A DNA stretch of 64,000 nt from Nitrososphaeria archaeon (GTDB lineage: Archaea; Thermoproteota; Nitrososphaeria; JACIWG01): positions 96,001 to 160,000 of the forward strand of contig CAVVXT010000014.1 in assembly GCA_963752255.1 (NCBI GenBank), written 5' to 3'. Both the position numbers and the translations under genes were made by a program. Positions 60,175 through 64,000 of this stretch are shown here, one piece after another. Under the pieces are notes generated by a model that saw only the letters and a program-made list of their open reading frames with translations, searched no databases and was not told the origin of the DNA. Position 1 is the stretch's first letter, and the number at the start of each line of letters is the position of its first letter.

Positions 60175-60720
60175 CTATACGATTCTACAAAAGTTCAGAA
60201 TCAACTCTGCGTTAAGTACCTCAGGATGGAATAGACAGCCGTATATTTCTTGATCTTTCTGTTTAATTATACTCGCTATGCAACCAGTTGCAGCGATCAC
60301 ATCGAAACTGCTATTTACCTTAACTATTTTAGAAACCAGAAAATATGAATAGAACTCCCCGCTAGATGCTATAGGATTCTGCTTCTTAATCTTGACCACA
60401 TGTTGACCGATTATTTTTCTATCCAACAGTTCACAACTAAACGTCTTCGCTATTATCTGCATTCCTGCACAGATACCTAGAACAGGCTTGCCTAGCCCAT
60501 TTAGATACTTGAAAGCGTCAATATGATGAAGGTATTCAAAGTCTTTGAGGGAAGTACCACAAATTATGATCTTATCTACATTTACCAGTTCATTTGAATC
60601 GACTTTTAAATAATGTTTTACTTGGAAGACACCATTTACTTTTTCAAGAATTTTACAGATCGGTTCGACGAATTCTAACTCACTTAATCTATCAAGGCAG
60701 ACGTTAACTATCAGAATCAT
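60175..60720 (-). CDS. Class I glutamine amidotransferase (stand-alone glutaminase subunit)
   Basis: PVLGICAGMQ nucleophile Cys and FHPE His/Glu. Confidence 0.88.
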   Translation of the reverse strand: MILIVNVCLDRLSELEFVEPICKILEKVNGVFQVKHYLKVDSNELVNVDKIIICGTSLKDFEYLHHIDAFKYLNGLGKPVLGICAGMQIIAKTFSCELLDRKIIGQHVVKIKKQNPIASSGEFYSYFLVSKIVKVNSSFDVIAATGCIASIIKQKDQEIYGCLFHPEVLNAELILNFCRIV

Positions 60721-61397
60721 TTCTCTACCAGCCTAGCTTTCTTTATTTCAAACCATCCAGAGTAATTTTTGTAGACTATATCGTGCTCTAAGATTTCTAT
60801 TTCCTTTTTAAAGAAGGGTGCGTTGATAACTGTTGTCTCTATTTCACCACCTTCTCCGGCGGGGTTAAGACCATATTTCCTTGCGTACATCTCTAATTTT
60901 GCTATCATATCATCATTGACGGTCTTTCCCAAGAAGTTAATGTTCAGTGGATAAGCAAAGACACCTGAAATGATTGTCTTGATTTCAACTGATAGGCCTT
61001 CCCTTAGAACCTCGACCTGATCTCTTAACCATAGAGGATTAAAGCACCAAAGAGAAAGTTTGTCGCAGCTTTTCTGTATCCTGCTGGCTTGATAGATTGA
61101 TTTTATAGCTCCTGTAACAACCCCTTCGATTTCAAACTTCTTTTTAGCGATCAATATCGCCTTCTCAAGATCTAACAGTTCCTCTTCCTTCTTTCCTTCT
61201 GTTAGCTTCTGTATCAAAGGCAGGCCTATTGCCTGAGCCTGCAGTGATGTAATGGAAATATTGGGCACATGGAACATGTAACTCTCTCTATTTTTAGAAA
61301 TTAGACTGATCAAACAGACAACATCATGATATCTTCTAGCTTTGTAAAAGGCTAAACATGAATCCTTTCCACCTGAGAAGAGTATGCCGACTCTCAC
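60717..61397 (-). CDS. dph6: Diphthine-ammonia ligase (Dph6/DUF71 PP-loop ATPase)
   Basis: FSGGKDS, SYMFH, GAIKSIYQ, PLW and GEGGE.ET motifs. Confidence 0.9.
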   Translation of the reverse strand: MRVGILFSGGKDSCLAFYKARRYHDVVCLISLISKNRESYMFHVPNISITSLQAQAIGLPLIQKLTEGKKEEELLDLEKAILIAKKKFEIEGVVTGAIKSIYQASRIQKSCDKLSLWCFNPLWLRDQVEVLREGLSVEIKTIISGVFAYPLNINFLGKTVNDDMIAKLEMYARKYGLNPAGEGGEIETTVINAPFFKKEIEILEHDIVYKNYSGWFEIKKARLVEK

Positions 61398-61590
61398 AAT
61401 GTATCACAGAACTTCAATATCTTATAAATGCTATTCAAAAGGTAGTATAGTATAAAAAAAGATCTTATTATGCACACTAGGCACAACATATTTTATTGAA
61501 CACCAACCATCGCCTAATTAAATCTCGACAAGACTTTAATTCTAGTTAGATTTGTTAAAAGTTTATATTATTTAATTATTTGGGTGTTTT

Positions 61591-61664
61591 GGCCAAAATT
61601 CTCCATCAATTGGTTCTTGACGGATGAATGGGGGCTTAGTTTTTGAGCCCTCAACATTTTGGCC
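61591..61664 (+). ncRNA. Candidate structured cis-regulatory RNA
   Basis: 9-bp closing stem GGCCAAAAT/ATTTTGGCC enclosing two hairpins; starts about 25 nt after AAAAG-TTTATAT. Confidence 0.5.
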
Positions 61665-61797
61665 TAAAAAACTGCTATCATCTATCTCCTTTTAATCGAT
61701 GGTTGCAAGACTTGTCTATCCTTAGTTGTGAGTTAACAATATTAAGCCTATTTTTCATTCAATCTAATTTATTCGTTTCCCTCCCTCTTTTTATTTA

Positions 61798-62050
61798 GTA
61801 ATCCTCGGAAAGCTTGGCGACAAAAATCAGATATCTACGATCACATTAGCCGCCGAAAAATATTGGGATTCAATGATTCTTGGAATAAGGATGGCTTTCG
61901 CAAGCACAGTTGGTGTTGCAACGATTCTTGGGGCAAAAATAGTTGTCCTCTCTTCTTAAAAAATGGCTGAGAATCGGTTCATATGGCTTGTTCATAGCTA
62001 TTGGAATAATCTCTGTCATAAGCTCAATTATTGGGCTAAGTATCTTTTAA
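61798..62050 (+). pseudogene. UPF0016/TMEM165/GDT1 cation exporter remnant
   Basis: LGDKNQISTITLAA (family motif ELGDKTQ), TM segment, then shifted frame KKWLRIGSYGLFIAIGIISV..*. Confidence 0.7.
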
Positions 62051-62355
62051 AAACGTTATCCTGGAAAATCTGGCTGTTTAATATGTTCCGAAGGAAAATT
62101 TAGTGCGTTATCCTTCTCTCGGTGCTCATTTTTTACAAACTTTTTTTTGCATTTATTATGGTTTCGATGAACTGTATGCTGAACAGAATCAGATCCTTAA
62201 GAAATATAGAACTAATAATTTATATAGACATTTTCCAACTGGATAGATACCAACCATGCGCAAGAGAATAGATAAAAAAGAGTTTAAACTTGGTGAAGAA
62301 AGGTCCACCACATTATCAGTGCTCTGGTTGTCTAAAGTGCATTTTAGGTGATTGG

Positions 62356-63193
62356 ATGATTCATGATAAAATAATGGTCTCTTTTCAAGGAGAGTTTGGA
62401 GCGTATAGCGAAGAAGCCGCATTCAAATTTTTTGGCGATAAGATGAAGACGCTTCCCTGTAAAACGTTATCTGACGTCTTTAAAGCTGTAGAAGAAAAGA
62501 AGGTCAAGTACGGCATAGTTCCAGTGGAAAATTCTATTGAGGGAAGCATTTTTCAAACATACGATTTGCTGCTGCAGTCAAACCTTAAAATCTGCGGGGA
62601 GATAATACTCAGGGTAGCTCACTGTCTTATTTCATGCGAGAAAGAAATGACCTCTGTGAAAGAGGTTTATTCTCACCCTCAAGCCTTGGCGCAGTGTAGA
62701 AAGTTTCTGGAGGAGCTAGGATGCATTGTGACACCTACTTACGATACTGCAGGTAGTGTTAAGATGATTAAGGAGAGAAATCTGAGGAACGCGGCAGCGA
62801 TTGCAAGTGAAAGGACGGCTCAAATATACGGCATGAATGTTCTTAGCACGGCATTTAGAAACGAACCCCCAAAATTATACTAGGTTTTTGGTCATATTCA
62901 GCAGGGACCACAAGATGACGGACAATGACAAGACTTCGATAATCTTCTCAACAAAGGACATTCCTAAAGCTCTTCTAAAAGCACTTGTACCACTTGCTAA
63001 GAGAAATATAAATCTCATGAAGATAGAGTCTCGTCCCATAATCGGAAAGCCTTGGGAATATAACTTCTACCTCGACTTTGAGGGTCACAGGGGAGAGGAA
63101 AGGGTTCAGAAGGCTTTGAAAGAATTGGGGATGAATTCAACTTTTTTGAAGATATTAGGTTCTTATCCGAAGGCGAAAGAAGATGCTGTATGA
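62356..63193 (+). CDS. pheA: Prephenate dehydratase with ACT domain, +1 frameshift near 62843
   Basis: FQGEFGAYSE, PVENSIEG, SHPQAL, then shifted frame NYTRF, IESRP and LGSYP; AGGTGA SD. Confidence 0.93.
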
Positions 63194-64000
63194 GATCGCT
63201 GAAAAAGTGATAAAGCTTCAGAATGAAGGAAGGAAGATAATAAAGTTCAACGTGGGCGATCCGGATCAGTCTACGAATGAAGAAATTGTGGACACAGCAT
63301 TTAAAGCGATGAAAGCTGGAAAGACAAAGTACGGTTCATCTTCTGGAGAGAAAATGCTTAGAGAAAAACTGGCCGAAATCTACAACGTTAAGGCGGAAAA
63401 TGTAACAATCGCGCCTGGATCAAAGTGGGCAATTTTTTCATCGATGTTTGTCACGCTTAAGAAAGGTGACAACGTTGTTCTTCCATCTCCCCATTGGAAT
63501 GCGTATTCACTTATGGCGCAACAGATGGGGGTGGAAACAAGGCTTTTGAAATGTGAACTAAAATCGGACTGGAAGATAAACGTGGACAAGATGAATGACC
63601 TGATAGATGAAAGAACTGGGATGATAATCTTGAACAATCCGAACAACCCGACCAGCAAGGTTGTGGACGGAAAGACCGTTGAAAAAATAGTTGAATTGTC
63701 AAGAGAAAACTGCTTACCTATTCTTTCAGACGAATCCTACAGCGACATAAGCTTCCTTAAAGTAAGGAGTATCCTAGATTTTCCAAGGGACAATATCTTT
63801 GTAAACAGTTTTTCGAAGACTTTTGCGATGACGGGGTGGAGAATAGGCTTCACGATATCAAATAAAGAATTGGCTGAAAAACTCACGAGGTTAAATCAGA
63901 TAACTATTTCTTGCGTTCCACAGTTCATTCAAGAAGCTGCCATTAAAGCTCTGGAGCTGAGGGATAGAATTGCAGATGAAGTTAAAGAAGTGTATAGAAA
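63183..64000 (+). CDS. PLP-dependent class I/II (aspartate/aromatic) aminotransferase, truncated by window edge
   Basis: MLYEIAEK..FNVGDPD, NNPNNPT, SDESY and SFSKTFAMTGWRIG motifs. Confidence 0.93.
   Translation, partial: MLYEIAEKVIKLQNEGRKIIKFNVGDPDQSTNEEIVDTAFKAMKAGKTKYGSSSGEKMLREKLAEIYNVKAENVTIAPGSKWAIFSSMFVTLKKGDNVVLPSPHWNAYSLMAQQMGVETRLLKCELKSDWKINVDKMNDLIDERTGMIILNNPNNPTSKVVDGKTVEKIVELSRENCLPILSDESYSDISFLKVRSILDFPRDNIFVNSFSKTFAMTGWRIGFTISNKELAEKLTRLNQITISCVPQFIQEAAIKALELRDRIADEVKEVYR

Noticed and set aside
1-64000. CRISPR arrays, transposases, intact integrases, defence systems and the many antisense ORFs in the track
   Set aside because: No repeat-spacer periodicity or diagnostic motifs seen by eye; the antisense ORFs shadow well-supported genes

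Overview
Archaeal chromosomal segment, most consistent with a TACK/Nitrososphaeria-like lineage (unlinked 5S rRNA, class I LysRS, short uL10 with rpl12 inverted against the rpl11-rpl1-rpl10 run). It is mostly housekeeping: six aminoacyl-tRNA synthetase genes, stalk ribosomal proteins, spt5, secE, ftsY, dnaG, pelota, class II RNR, cdc48/hsp20, pyrBI, argF, glnA and tldDE. RNA genes are 7 tRNAs (2 with introns), 5S rRNA and SRP RNA. AT-rich gaps carry decayed gene remnants (fen1, surE, UPF0016). No CRISPR array or intact mobile element was seen. Best leads that the ORF track does not explain: (1) a two-hairpin H/ACA guide RNA hidden under the 5' end of a toprim ORF; (2) a three-stem RNA between a TATA box and a decayed UPF0016 metal-exporter gene, a riboswitch candidate; (3) a Dph6-type amide ligase translationally coupled to a glutaminase beside glnA; (4) a compact PEPCK-fold enzyme with a 4-Cys insert; (5) a class II RNR / nicotinamidase / PRTase / hydrolase cluster; (6) a C/D sRNA, a tRNA-Ala intron at 33/34, and a decayed tRNA-Arg integration scar. 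Five genes have single-base +1 frameshifts that are probably sequencing errors. All calls come from reading motifs by eye; no searches were run, so novelty is unverified.
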